DNA of 20,000 nucleotides from Emiliania huxleyi CCMP1516 (Eukaryota). Under the pieces are notes generated by a model that was not told the DNA's origin, searched no databases, and worked only from the letters and a program-made list of their open reading frames with translations. Positions 9,789 through 18,362 of the stretch are shown here, one piece after another. The DNA is taken from the NCBI RefSeq assembly GCF_000372725.1, contig NW_005201493.1:398417-418416 (forward strand). Direction: 5' to 3'. Positions within the stretch are counted from its first letter, which is position 1. The number at the start of each line of letters is the position of its first letter. The position numbers and the translations under genes are program-made.

Positions 9789-10137
9789 GTAATCTCGAGC
9801 TCGGGTAACCTCAGGCTTGGATAATCTTGGGCAATCCCGAGTGATCTCGGGTCGTCTCGGGTCGTCTCGGGTCATCTTGGGTCATCTCGGGTCATCTCGG
9901 GTCGTTTCAGGTAACCTCCGGTAATCCCGGGTGATCTCGGATCGTCTCGGGTAATCTACAGTAATCTCGGGTGATCTAGGGGGTCATCTCGGGTCATCTC
10001 GGGTCATCTCGGATCGTTTCGGGTAATCTCCTGTAATCTCGGGTGATCTCGGGTCGCCTCAGGTCGTCTCGGGTAATCTCCGTTAATCTCGGGTGATCTC
10101 GGGTCGTGTCGGGTAATCTCGGGTAATCTCGGGTCAT
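9789..10137. repeat. Degenerate 10-bp satellite, consensus GT(A/C/G)ATCTCGG, about 35 units
   Basis: Directly visible: gtcatctcgg, gtaatctcgg, gtgatctcgg and gtcgtctcgg in tandem. Confidence 0.95.
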
Positions 10138-11296
10138 GTCGGACGATTGCCCGCCCGGGCGCCTGACCACGCGCCTGCCCGCCGCTGCGCCCCTCTACGT
10201 ACCACATACTTCTGACGTATTCGGGATTCCCCCACCTCCCACACACCACACCGACCTCCCCGCGCCCCCACACGCCGGCCCCGCGCGCCCACGCCACCAC
10301 CATCGCCCACGTCGCCCTCCCCGACCCCCACCCCGCGCCCCAGGCTCTTCACAGCTCCGCTCGGGGCGTCCTGGCGCCGCCGCCCCAACCGCTGCGGCCC
10401 ACGCGGCCGCCGGGCGGCGCGACGGCGGCTACCGGCCGGCATAGCCCTTCCAGCGCCGGCCGGGGGCTGCGGCGGCGCGCGGCGCGCGGCGGGCAAGCTG
10501 CCTGCTGGAGGGCGGCGCTTCTAGTCGTGATTTTAGGGCCGCGTAGGTCGCCCTTCGGCCACTTCTCGGGCGCGCGGCCGCGGAGCGCGAAAGGGGGGCG
10601 CGCTGCGGCTCGCTGGCGGAGGTGAAGCCCCCCAGAGCGGGAGCTGGCGGGCCGGGGGCGTCGGTCGGGTGCGCGGCGGCACCCGTGCCACCGGGACGGG
10701 CCGAGGTGGCCCGCGGGGCAGACGTGAAGGGCCGTTTGGTGCGCCCCGGCGGCCTCCTGCACGGCGGCCGCCGGGGCCGGTTTGGACTGTGTTTGGGGGG
10801 GTGGAGGGGTCCGATGGCCGGTGTTATGGTCGTTTATCACCCTCCTATCACCCACTTACCGCCCCCGGCCGTGGGGGCCTCTCCAGACGCCGCCATTCAT
10901 GATTTAAAGGGTCCTGCCGACGCTCATCTGCAGTGCGGCGGCGGAGCCTGCCGGAAAAAATCCGGGGTTTAGCTGGCATATCTCGGGCCCACTTTAGAGC
11001 TAGGGCATGATCTTAGGTGTTCTGGATAGCCCACAAGGGTCTTCTGTGGCATGGTAGCGGTGGTTTTGCGCGAGGCGTTCATTCAAAAATCACCATTTCC
11101 CCCACTACTCCGTCTCAGCCGAGGACGAGAGGCAGGGGGGGCGCGCGCGAGCCGCCCGCGGCGCGGCGCATCCCTCCTAATTTTATGGCACTGTGACCCA
11201 TACCCCGCCGCAGCCACGCCACGCGGGCCGGCTTCAACATGCTCCGATCACAAGGGCCACTAAACCCCCGGCCAGCCGTACAGAGCCCCCGATACC

Positions 11297-12730
11297 TTAC
11301 TGCCCCGGCGCCAAGGCCTCGACCTTCTTGGGCAGCAGCTGGTTTGACAGGTCCTCTCCGTGGCCTAGGTAGCCGCCGTCGCCCTGGCCCCAGGCAAGGA
11401 GGGCGCCACCGGCGGTGAGGGCGAGGCTGTGCGCGTCTCCAGCCGACACAGCGACAACGCGCTGCCCAGCGAAGGCCTCGACCTTCTTGGGCAGCAACTG
11501 GCTCTGCTCGTCGCCGTGGCCCAGCCGGCCATAGGCTCCACCGCCCCAGCTCCAGACGGCGCCGTCGGCGGCAAGGGCGAGACCATGGTACAGACCAGCC
11601 GACACAGCTATGACGCGCTGGCCAGCCAAGGCCTCCACCTTCTTCGGCAGCAGCTGGTGCTGCTCGTCGCCGTGGCCCAGCTTGCCAAAACTTCCACCGC
11701 CCGAGCTCCAGACGGCGCCGCCGGCGGTGAGGGCGAGGCTGTAGCTATGTCCAGCCGACACAGCGACGACGCGCCGCCCAGCGAAGGCCTCGACCTTCTT
11801 CGGCAGCAGCTGGTCCTGCTCGTCGCCGTGGCCCAACTTGCCAGAGTCTCCATAGCCCCAGCTCCAGACGGCGCCGTCGGCGGTGATGGCGAGGCTATGG
11901 AAGCATCCCGCCGACACAGCAACGACGCGCTGGCCAGCCAAGGCCTCGACCTTCTTGGGCAGCAGCTGGTTTTGCTCGTCGCCGTGGCCCAGCTGGCCAC
12001 AGTATCCCTGGCCCCAGCTCCAGACGGCGCCCTCGGCGGTGAGGACGAGGCTGTGGTGGCCTCCAGCAGACACGGCGATGACGCTCTGGCCCGCCAAGGC
12101 CTCGACCTTCTTTGGCAGCGGCTGGTTCTGCTCGTCGCCGTGGCCCAACTTGCCAAAGTCTCCGTCGCCCCAGCTCCAGACGGCCCCGTTGGCGGTGATG
12201 GCGAAGCTGTGCCCATCTCCAGCTGCCACGCTCACGGCGCGCTCTCCCAGCGGGGAGGGGAGGCGGGTCGGCGTGTTGAGCCGCGTCACGCCCTCGCCGT
12301 GGCCGAGCAGCCCTGGATAGTAGGATGGGGTTGAGCCGCACGACGAGAGCCGCCCCTCGCCGTCAATGAAGAGGCTGTGCCGCTCGCCTGCCGCCGCCCT
12401 CGCCGGCGGGTTGGACTCGCACAGCAGCGCCGAATAGCACACCCACCTCACGGCGCAGCCCTCGCCCTCTGGCTGCGCCGGCAGCTCGTAGCCGCGCTCT
12501 TGCGCCCTCAAGCGGATGCCCTCCACCGCAAGCGAGGCGTGAAAGAGCAGCGAGACGGCCGCGACGCGAGCGATGTCAACGGGGCCGTCGCAGCGAGAAA
12601 CGACGCGCACGAGGAGGTCAGTGGGGAGGTCGAGGAGGCGGGTGGGCGGCGGCGTGCTTGGCGAGGGAGCGGCGGTGGCGGCGGGGGCGAGGCGGCGCGA
12701 GCGGCGCGAGCGGCGCGGAGGGGTGGACAT
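11297..12730 (-). CDS. F-box-like + seven RCC1-repeat (UVR8/HERC-type beta-propeller) protein, 477 aa, intronless
   Basis: N-terminal LLDLPTDLLVRVVSRC resembles an F-box start. Seven repeats follow, of type VSAGxxHSLALTAxGAVWSWGxGxxGxLGHGD..LLPKKVEAL. DNA period is 156 bp (aggcctc anchor at 11473, 11629, 11785, 11941, 12097; 159 bp to 11314). Confidence 0.93.
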   Translation of the reverse strand: MSTPPRRSRRSRRLAPAATAAPSPSTPPPTRLLDLPTDLLVRVVSRCDGPVDIARVAAVSLLFHASLAVEGIRLRAQERGYELPAQPEGEGCAVRWVCYSALLCESNPPARAAAGERHSLFIDGEGRLSSCGSTPSYYPGLLGHGEGVTRLNTPTRLPSPLGERAVSVAAGDGHSFAITANGAVWSWGDGDFGKLGHGDEQNQPLPKKVEALAGQSVIAVSAGGHHSLVLTAEGAVWSWGQGYCGQLGHGDEQNQLLPKKVEALAGQRVVAVSAGCFHSLAITADGAVWSWGYGDSGKLGHGDEQDQLLPKKVEAFAGRRVVAVSAGHSYSLALTAGGAVWSSGGGSFGKLGHGDEQHQLLPKKVEALAGQRVIAVSAGLYHGLALAADGAVWSWGGGAYGRLGHGDEQSQLLPKKVEAFAGQRVVAVSAGDAHSLALTAGGALLAWGQGDGGYLGHGEDLSNQLLPKKVEALAPGQ

Positions 12731-12879
12731 CGCGAGAAAAAGAATCTGCGGGGAGATATGATTCGGTTGACTGATTTCTTCTGACCACGGGACTTGGTAC
12801 TGGCACTAACACAGATAACCAGAAACAGAATTTTCAGCAACCCTTTAGCCTTTTCCTGGCTCACAAGCTAAAAAAATGT

Positions 12880-12906
12880 CCCCCCCCCCCCCCCCTCCCC
12901 CTCCCC
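12880..12906. repeat. Poly-C tract
   Basis: Run of about 16 C followed by tccccctcccc. Confidence 0.9.
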
Positions 12907-13094
12907 GCCATGATCAATAAACACCGAATGATGCGCAAGACACCCATGAATGGACACACAAATTCTCGACAAGCGTCTCTCGCCGCGCTGAACGTAGCCT
13001 CCAACTGCCAGCTTCCAGGGGCGGAGCCGTGTCGTCGCCTTGCCTTCGCGGCGAGGCGTGCAGTCCACGGCTCCCTGCCACTACCTGGTGCGCG

Positions 13095-14333
13095 CTACAC
13101 GCTCAAATCCACGGCCTCTGCCGCGGCGCCACGCCTGAGCCTCAGCCGGGTGGCCTTGAGCAAGTCCACGCCGGCCAGCGGCCGCTCGTCCGCCTCGTCC
13201 GCCGGCGCCGCCGCCGCCAGCATCGCCGACGACGGCGCCTCTGCCACCACCTGACACACCACGGCCCTCACCGCCGCTGCGCGCGACACCGGCCGCAGCC
13301 GCCGGCTGAGCTGCGCCAGGTTCGTCTCCGCGCCAACCTCGAGCGTCAGCCTCGACGGCGCGGTGCGTGCGCGCCGGCGGCCCTGCGCGGCCGGCTCGCT
13401 CTCGGCCTCCTCGCCCCGTTGCGGCGTCGGGGCGCCAGCCGCTGCCGGACGGGCGATCTCGTCTTTGACGACCTCTTGTGCCACCGCGACGTGCGTCGTC
13501 GGCGGCGGCGTTGGCGTCGGCGTCGTCGTCGTCGTCGTCGTCGGCGGCGGCGGCGCCACCGTGCCGTCAGCGTGCCTCGCCCGATGCTCTTCGAGAGCCT
13601 CTGCAAAGCCCGCCGCTCCGCGGACGGTCTGGAGGAGCTCCCAGACGGGCTTCCCGCCTGCAGGCTGCCCCACCCACCGAACGAGGACCTCATGCCACGC
13701 CGAGTCGCTCCCTCGCTCGTCGAGCACCACGTCGACTCGCGCCTTGGCCCACGCCTTTCGCCGCCGCTCCATGAGCGGCGCCGGAGGCACGTACGGCGCG
13801 CGGCGCGAGGAGGTCTGCGTCAGAGGCAGTACGGCCGCCATGTCGCCTCCGTCGTTGACCGCGGCGGCAGTCACAGTCGGCGTCTTTGAGGGAGCGACAC
13901 CGACGGCGGGCTCCGGCGGCGAAGCCCCAGGTGACGCGGACGCCGGCAGCCTCGAGTTTGCCTCGTCCTCGTCGGCGCAGTCGACGGCCACGATGGACGG
14001 GGTCGAGCCCTTGCACTCTCCGATCCGCAGCGGTGGTGGCTTAGGCTCTTGCCTCGCCCTCGCCAGGCACGACCAGCAGGTAGCTCGCGAGGGCTGCGAC
14101 CCAGCGCGAGGCACGGCGCCGTACTTGTTCATGAGGGCCTTGATCAAGTCCCGCTGAGGCAGTGCAGCCAGCACCTTCTCGGCGTGCGCTTGGGTTGCCT
14201 TTGACGGGTCGCGCTGCTGATAGAAGGCCACGAGTGAGTCGGCTGTCAAGGGCTGATCCTGAGACAGCAGCCGCGCCTCGTCGCGCTTCGAGAGCACCCA
14301 GCGAGAGTGTGGCTTGGCGGCAGTCGGCGGCAT
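13095..14333 (-). CDS. Chromodomain-like protein with N-terminal protist 'AFY..DPSK..KYG' helical motif, about 412 aa, intronless
   Basis: First ATG at 14333 (MPPTAAK). Motif LVAFYQQRDPSKA..EKVLAAL..LIKALMNKYG at about 14110-14250. Chromo-like RVDVVLDER..VLVRWVG..PVWE..V....EAL at about 13585-13740. Linkers are low complexity. Confidence 0.7.
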   Translation of the reverse strand: MPPTAAKPHSRWVLSKRDEARLLSQDQPLTADSLVAFYQQRDPSKATQAHAEKVLAALPQRDLIKALMNKYGAVPRAGSQPSRATCWSCLARARQEPKPPPLRIGECKGSTPSIVAVDCADEDEANSRLPASASPGASPPEPAVGVAPSKTPTVTAAAVNDGGDMAAVLPLTQTSSRRAPYVPPAPLMERRRKAWAKARVDVVLDERGSDSAWHEVLVRWVGQPAGGKPVWELLQTVRGAAGFAEALEEHRARHADGTVAPPPPTTTTTTTPTPTPPPTTHVAVAQEVVKDEIARPAAAGAPTPQRGEEAESEPAAQGRRRARTAPSRLTLEVGAETNLAQLSRRLRPVSRAAAVRAVVCQVVAEAPSSAMLAAAAPADEADERPLAGVDLLKATRLRLRRGAAAEAVDLSV

Positions 14334-14974
14334 TGTCGAGCGGCAACAAGGCGCGTACAGGGTGTCCGTCCAAAGCAGAGCACCACGTCGAGGGTTGCTG
14401 TTCGTTTCTTTTTTCAGGAAAAAAGAAATCGGCAACGTGCGTTTTTAACCTTCTACTCTGTCTAGATCCAACATGCAACAAGGCATCAGATTGAGCGGCA
14501 TTTGCCTCGAGCGTCCCTTTTTGAGCAGGGAAGCTGTTTCTTTTGGGTCCTGTGGCACCCTTTTTTGTGTGTGTGGCACCCTACGCACGCTAAATATCCG
14601 CTTCTAGGACGAGCTCAGACAAAGGGCGCATCAATTACCCGAGATGTTGGAGTGTTTCAATAGGAGCGAGGCCTCTTCCGTTGGGGGACCGAGTGACTAG
14701 AGAATCGGCCACCAGATCGCGCCCTCTCCGCTTCTGGCGCGCACTGGCAAAAGAAAACAGAGAGCCGAAGCGCGAAGGGAGGGAATGAGGACGGCGGCAC
14801 GCCGTCAGCACGCCATTCAGAGTTCTTCGTCGACTGCTGTGCCTTTTGTGGTGCCAGTCCGTGCCAGTCTGCGGTGAGAGGGATTGCTGGTCAAGGAGCA
14901 CTTGGAGCACTTGGAGTGCAGTCGGCAACCTCACAGGTGCTACCGAGTTTTTCTTGTTGGCAGCTTGTTGGGCC
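14334..14974. promoter_or_regulatory. Divergent intergenic/promoter region with AT-rich inverted repeat and short direct repeats
   Basis: Lies between ATGs at 14333 (-) and 14975 (+). Perfect inverted repeat tttctttttt/aaaaaagaaa at 14405-14428; TGTGGCACCCT at 14551 and 14572. Confidence 0.45.
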
Positions 14975-16381
14975 ATGGCGCCGCTCGTGCGGACGCCACC
15001 GGCTTCCGAGCGCCTGGTGCTGATCCCAGCCAGTTCCAAGAGGAACACGACTGGCTACAAGAACGTGAGCTACAGCCGCAGCAGAAAGAAGTTCCAGGTG
15101 CAGGTGCGGGATGGCGACAAGCATGTCCGCCTCGGCTACTTCGACACCGCCGAAGAGGCGGCCATCGCCTACGCTCGCTCGGAGTACGGCCGCGCCGACG
15201 CCGCCAAGCTGCTGCAGCCCCGCGCTACTACCACTGCCGCTGGCGCTGCGGCGATACTGCAGGCGGCGAGGGAGGGCCTGACGCTGGCTACGAGCAGCAG
15301 CAACAGCGGCTACAAAGGCGTGACCTTCTGCCCGAAGGAGCGAGTCAGCAAGAAGTACAAGCTGCAGGTATGGACTTGCGGCAAGCTGGTCTTCCTCGGC
15401 TGGTTCGCCACCGCCGAGCAGGCGGCGCTCTTCTACGCCCGCAGGGAGGCGGGCAGGGACACAAGCGATCTCACCGCGCCGCCGCCGCCGCCGCCGCCGC
15501 CCGTGCCTTCCTCTGCTGCTGGCGCCGAGGCAGTCCGGCAGGCGGAGAGGGAGGGCCTGACTCTGGCTACGAGCAGCAGCAGCAACAGCGGCTACAGGGG
15601 CGTGATCTTCTACCCGAAGCAGCGAAGCAGCAAGAAGTACCGGCTGCACATGAGGGTTGGCGGCAAGCACCTCCACCTCGGCTGCTTCGCCACCGCCGAG
15701 GAGGCGGCGCTGGCGCGTGCGCGGCACCTGTGGGACACGACCATCCGCCTGCTCGAGCAGCCGCCGCAGCACTCACCGCCGCAAGGCGCAGCAGGGCCTT
15801 CTGAGGCCAGCAGCTACGAAGAGGAGGACGGCTTCGACCCGGCGGACACTGCCGACGCCGTAGCTCTCTCACTGCTCTCCGACCCGCCGCCTTCCGCGAG
15901 CGAGCAGAGGGCGGCGAGGTGGCAGGCGCGCGCAGCAGAGCAGGCGGCGAGGTCAGAGGCTACGGCTGCGGCAGCGGCGGCGGCGGCGGCGCAGGCGGCG
16001 GCGTGTGCTGCCCCGCCATTGGACGACGAGGCGGAGGTGGAGGCGGAGCAGGGGAGCGATAGCGGGGAGGAGATGGAGGTGGAGGCGGCTGCTGCAGTTG
16101 CGGGCGTGTCCGCGGCTGCAGCAGCAGAGGAGGAGGCCCTCCAGTGCGCTATTTGCTTCGACGACCTCAGCTCACACCCCGAGGCGCGCCTGCAGCCTCG
16201 CGACCCGAACGGCTGGGGCGCCACGCACTGCTGCAAGAGCCTCTTCCACTACCGCTGCCTGCACACTTGGCTCAACGACGACAGCGAGGTCGAGACGAGC
16301 CGCGGGTTGGAGCCGATCAACACGGCCTGCCCTGGCTGCCGAGGCTTCGTGGCGAAGTCGAAGTCGCGGATGCTGGCCTAG
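14975..16381 (+). CDS. Three AP2/ERF-like DNA-binding domains + C-terminal RING-type zinc finger, 468 aa, intronless
   Basis: TGYKNV..LGYFDTAEEAAIAYAR, SGYKGV..LGWFATAEQAALFYAR and SGYRGV..LGCFATAEEAALARAR. Domains 2 and 3 are preceded by QAxREGLTLATSSSN. RING-like CAIC..CCKSLFHYRCLHTW..CPGCR at about 16145-16342. First ATG at 14975. Confidence 0.9.
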   Translation: MAPLVRTPPASERLVLIPASSKRNTTGYKNVSYSRSRKKFQVQVRDGDKHVRLGYFDTAEEAAIAYARSEYGRADAAKLLQPRATTTAAGAAAILQAAREGLTLATSSSNSGYKGVTFCPKERVSKKYKLQVWTCGKLVFLGWFATAEQAALFYARREAGRDTSDLTAPPPPPPPPVPSSAAGAEAVRQAEREGLTLATSSSSNSGYRGVIFYPKQRSSKKYRLHMRVGGKHLHLGCFATAEEAALARARHLWDTTIRLLEQPPQHSPPQGAAGPSEASSYEEEDGFDPADTADAVALSLLSDPPPSASEQRAARWQARAAEQAARSEATAAAAAAAAAQAAACAAPPLDDEAEVEAEQGSDSGEEMEVEAAAAVAGVSAAAAAEEEALQCAICFDDLSSHPEARLQPRDPNGWGATHCCKSLFHYRCLHTWLNDDSEVETSRGLEPINTACPGCRGFVAKSKSRMLA

Positions 16382-16984
16382 GCGCTGCCTAGGCGTCCGA
16401 GCACGAGACGTGAGATCATTTTGAACAACCTCGAAACGTGTGCAGACGGTGACACTACTCAGACGGCGGCTTCGAGCAGCACAGAAATTTGTGGCTCGTT
16501 CGCGGCTCCGTTTTCTTTTTGTGGGGTTTCCTTTTTCTCCTACTCTCTTTTCGCGTCCGTCGAAATTCTTTTTACCCGAAAATTCTTTTATCCACAGCCG
16601 GCTTAATTTCTTTTGAGCTAGACTTCGTTGTTAACAAGCAGCGAAGGCACACACAACATGACGTCAAACACACAATTGCACGCACCGCACCGCACCCAGC
16701 ACCCGCGCCCGCCCCCCCGGCCCCCGCCCCGCCTAGGTGGGAAAGAGACGAGGAGATGGAACAGCCCGAAGGAGGAGGAACAAACACGTATGGGAGGGTT
16801 CAGTAATGCGCCACGCTGCCCGGCGTTTCTCACTTTCCGGGACAGCCCCGCCCTTTCGAGGCAGGAAAGTGACGGCTACCCCGTACGCCCTGTCAGCCTG
16901 CTACCCCTTCGCCGACCGCCCATCCCCCCTCCCCTTCCCCAACCCCGACGAGCCGATGACCAAGCCTCTGCCAGCGCGCCCCCG

Positions 16985-17050
16985 AGCCCCTCCCCCCCCC
17001 ACCCCCCCCCACCCCCACCCCACCACCACCACCACACACACACACACACC
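16985..17050. repeat. C-rich / CAC / CA low-complexity tract
   Basis: ccccccccc accccccccc acccccaccc caccaccacc accacacaca cacacacacc. Confidence 0.85.
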
Positions 17051-17247
17051 GCCGCCGCGCAGCGCCGCGCGGCGGCACACCCAGCTCAAAAGCAAAAGAA
17101 AAAAGGGAATGAGGAGACCAGCGGGGGAGACTCCCCGCCTATGCAAGCCCCAGAGAGGGGCCGCCATCGCCGAAGCTGTGCCAAAGCATAACTCCAAAAC
17201 CCGCAGCGGCCCAGGGGGCCTTGGGGGCAGCCTGCCGGACCGCCGCT

Positions 17248-17360
17248 CGAGGGGTGTCGAGGGGTGTCGAGGGGTGTCGAGTTGGTCGAGTTGGCATGGG
17301 GTGTCGAGGTGTCGAGTTGGTGTCGAGTTGGTGTCGAGGTTTGGTGTCGAGGTGTCGAGG
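17248..17360. repeat. Tandem repeat of 8-11-bp units, core GTGTCGAG
   Basis: tcgaggggtg x3, then gtgtcgaggt / gtgtcgagttg variants. Confidence 0.9.
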
Positions 17361-17551
17361 CCAGGGATCAGGAAAACAGACACGCCAAACGAGGGATGGG
17401 ACGAGGAGGACAGGGTCCCCACCTGCACGAGCAGGATTTTGGAAGAACGATCAGGGGGACAGGTGGGGCTCTCCTGCTCCTGACAAGGGACACGACAGAC
17501 TCGCAGCGCGGTGCGCGGTGGACTCCCGCATCCACTGGCGGTAGTCTCATC

Positions 17552-18193
17552 TCAGTCTAGCGACCTGCCTCCAGCTTGTCGCTGGCAGTCTCTCCTACCA
17601 CAGGCACACTGACACAGGGGTGGCAGGGGCGGCGGCACGAGTCTCCCACATACTATGCGGGCCTCACTAGAGGTTTTGACACAGGGGGAGGTGGCTGGGA
17701 GCTGTAGGACGCCACCGCCGGCGTACTGCTCGAGGAAGGCGCGTGCCTCGCTCTCGCCGCTGAAGGCGACGCAGATGGCGCGCGACGTGCCGATGATGGG
17801 CACGCTGATCGCGCTTGCCTGCTGCGCCTCGCCGCCTGGTGTCTTCTTGATCAATTGGCGCACCTCGGTGACGAGCGCCGTCTTGTTCTGGATGTCCGGG
17901 ATGTGCGAGCCGTCGCGCGCCGCGAGCGCGACGTGCAGCAGGCGCTTCGTGCCGCGGTCGGTGCCGGCGGCCGCCGCAGCGGCCATCTGTGCAGCGTCCA
18001 CCATAATGGTGTCGCCTTCTTTGGCGTCGTCGTCGTTGACGCGCGCGCTCGCGAGCTCGCCGTCGAGGCGGCGCTTCACGCCGAGTCTCTGGCCATCATC
18101 GGCCTCTTGCGCGCCGTCGCGGCCGCGCGCCGCGCCCTCGGCAGCGGCAGCGTTGAGCACCGGCGGCGGCAGGCCGGCCGAAGCGAACGCCAT
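17552..18193 (-). CDS. Hypothetical protein; probably truncated or spliced after about 17695
   Basis: ATG at 18193. Strong GC3 bias and a globular alpha/beta-like segment ([37 protein letters not shown]) down to about 17700, after which codon bias is lost. Confidence 0.5.
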   Translation of the reverse strand: MAFASAGLPPPVLNAAAAEGAARGRDGAQEADDGQRLGVKRRLDGELASARVNDDDAKEGDTIMVDAAQMAAAAAAGTDRGTKRLLHVALAARDGSHIPDIQNKTALVTEVRQLIKKTPGGEAQQASAISVPIIGTSRAICVAFSGESEARAFLEQYAGGGVLQLPATSPCVKTSSEARIVCGRLVPPPLPPLCQCACGRRDCQRQAGGRSLD

Positions 18194-18362
18194 TCAAGTG
18201 AAGCGCCGTTCAAGAGCAAGGCACACTGGGGAGCCGGAAAATTGCCTTTTTTTCTGGAGAGAGAAGCTCAGCGAATCCAACACACCGAGGTTCCTCTGTG
18301 ATTCTCCGCCTCCGCCTCGACCTCCGCGACTTACCACACTCCCCGTTCCCACCGCAGAAACA

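Noticed and set aside
9789..10137. Possible CRISPR array or telomeric repeat
   Set aside because: Units are contiguous degenerate 10-mers with no unique spacers, and they do not match a TTAGGG-type repeat.
11100..11115. CACTA transposon left end
   Set aside because: No matching downstream TAGTG terminus or subterminal repeats were found; a 5-mer match is expected by chance.
11297..12730. Calling the RCC1 protein UVR8 or RCC1 itself
   Set aside because: It lacks the GWRHT tryptophan motifs of UVR8, and it has an F-box-like N-terminus and recently homogenised repeats unlike true RCC1.
17515..17562. Helitron 3' end (hairpin gtgga..tccac followed by CTAG)
   Set aside because: The stem is only 5 bp, CTAG is followed by C rather than T, and no Rep/helicase is nearby.
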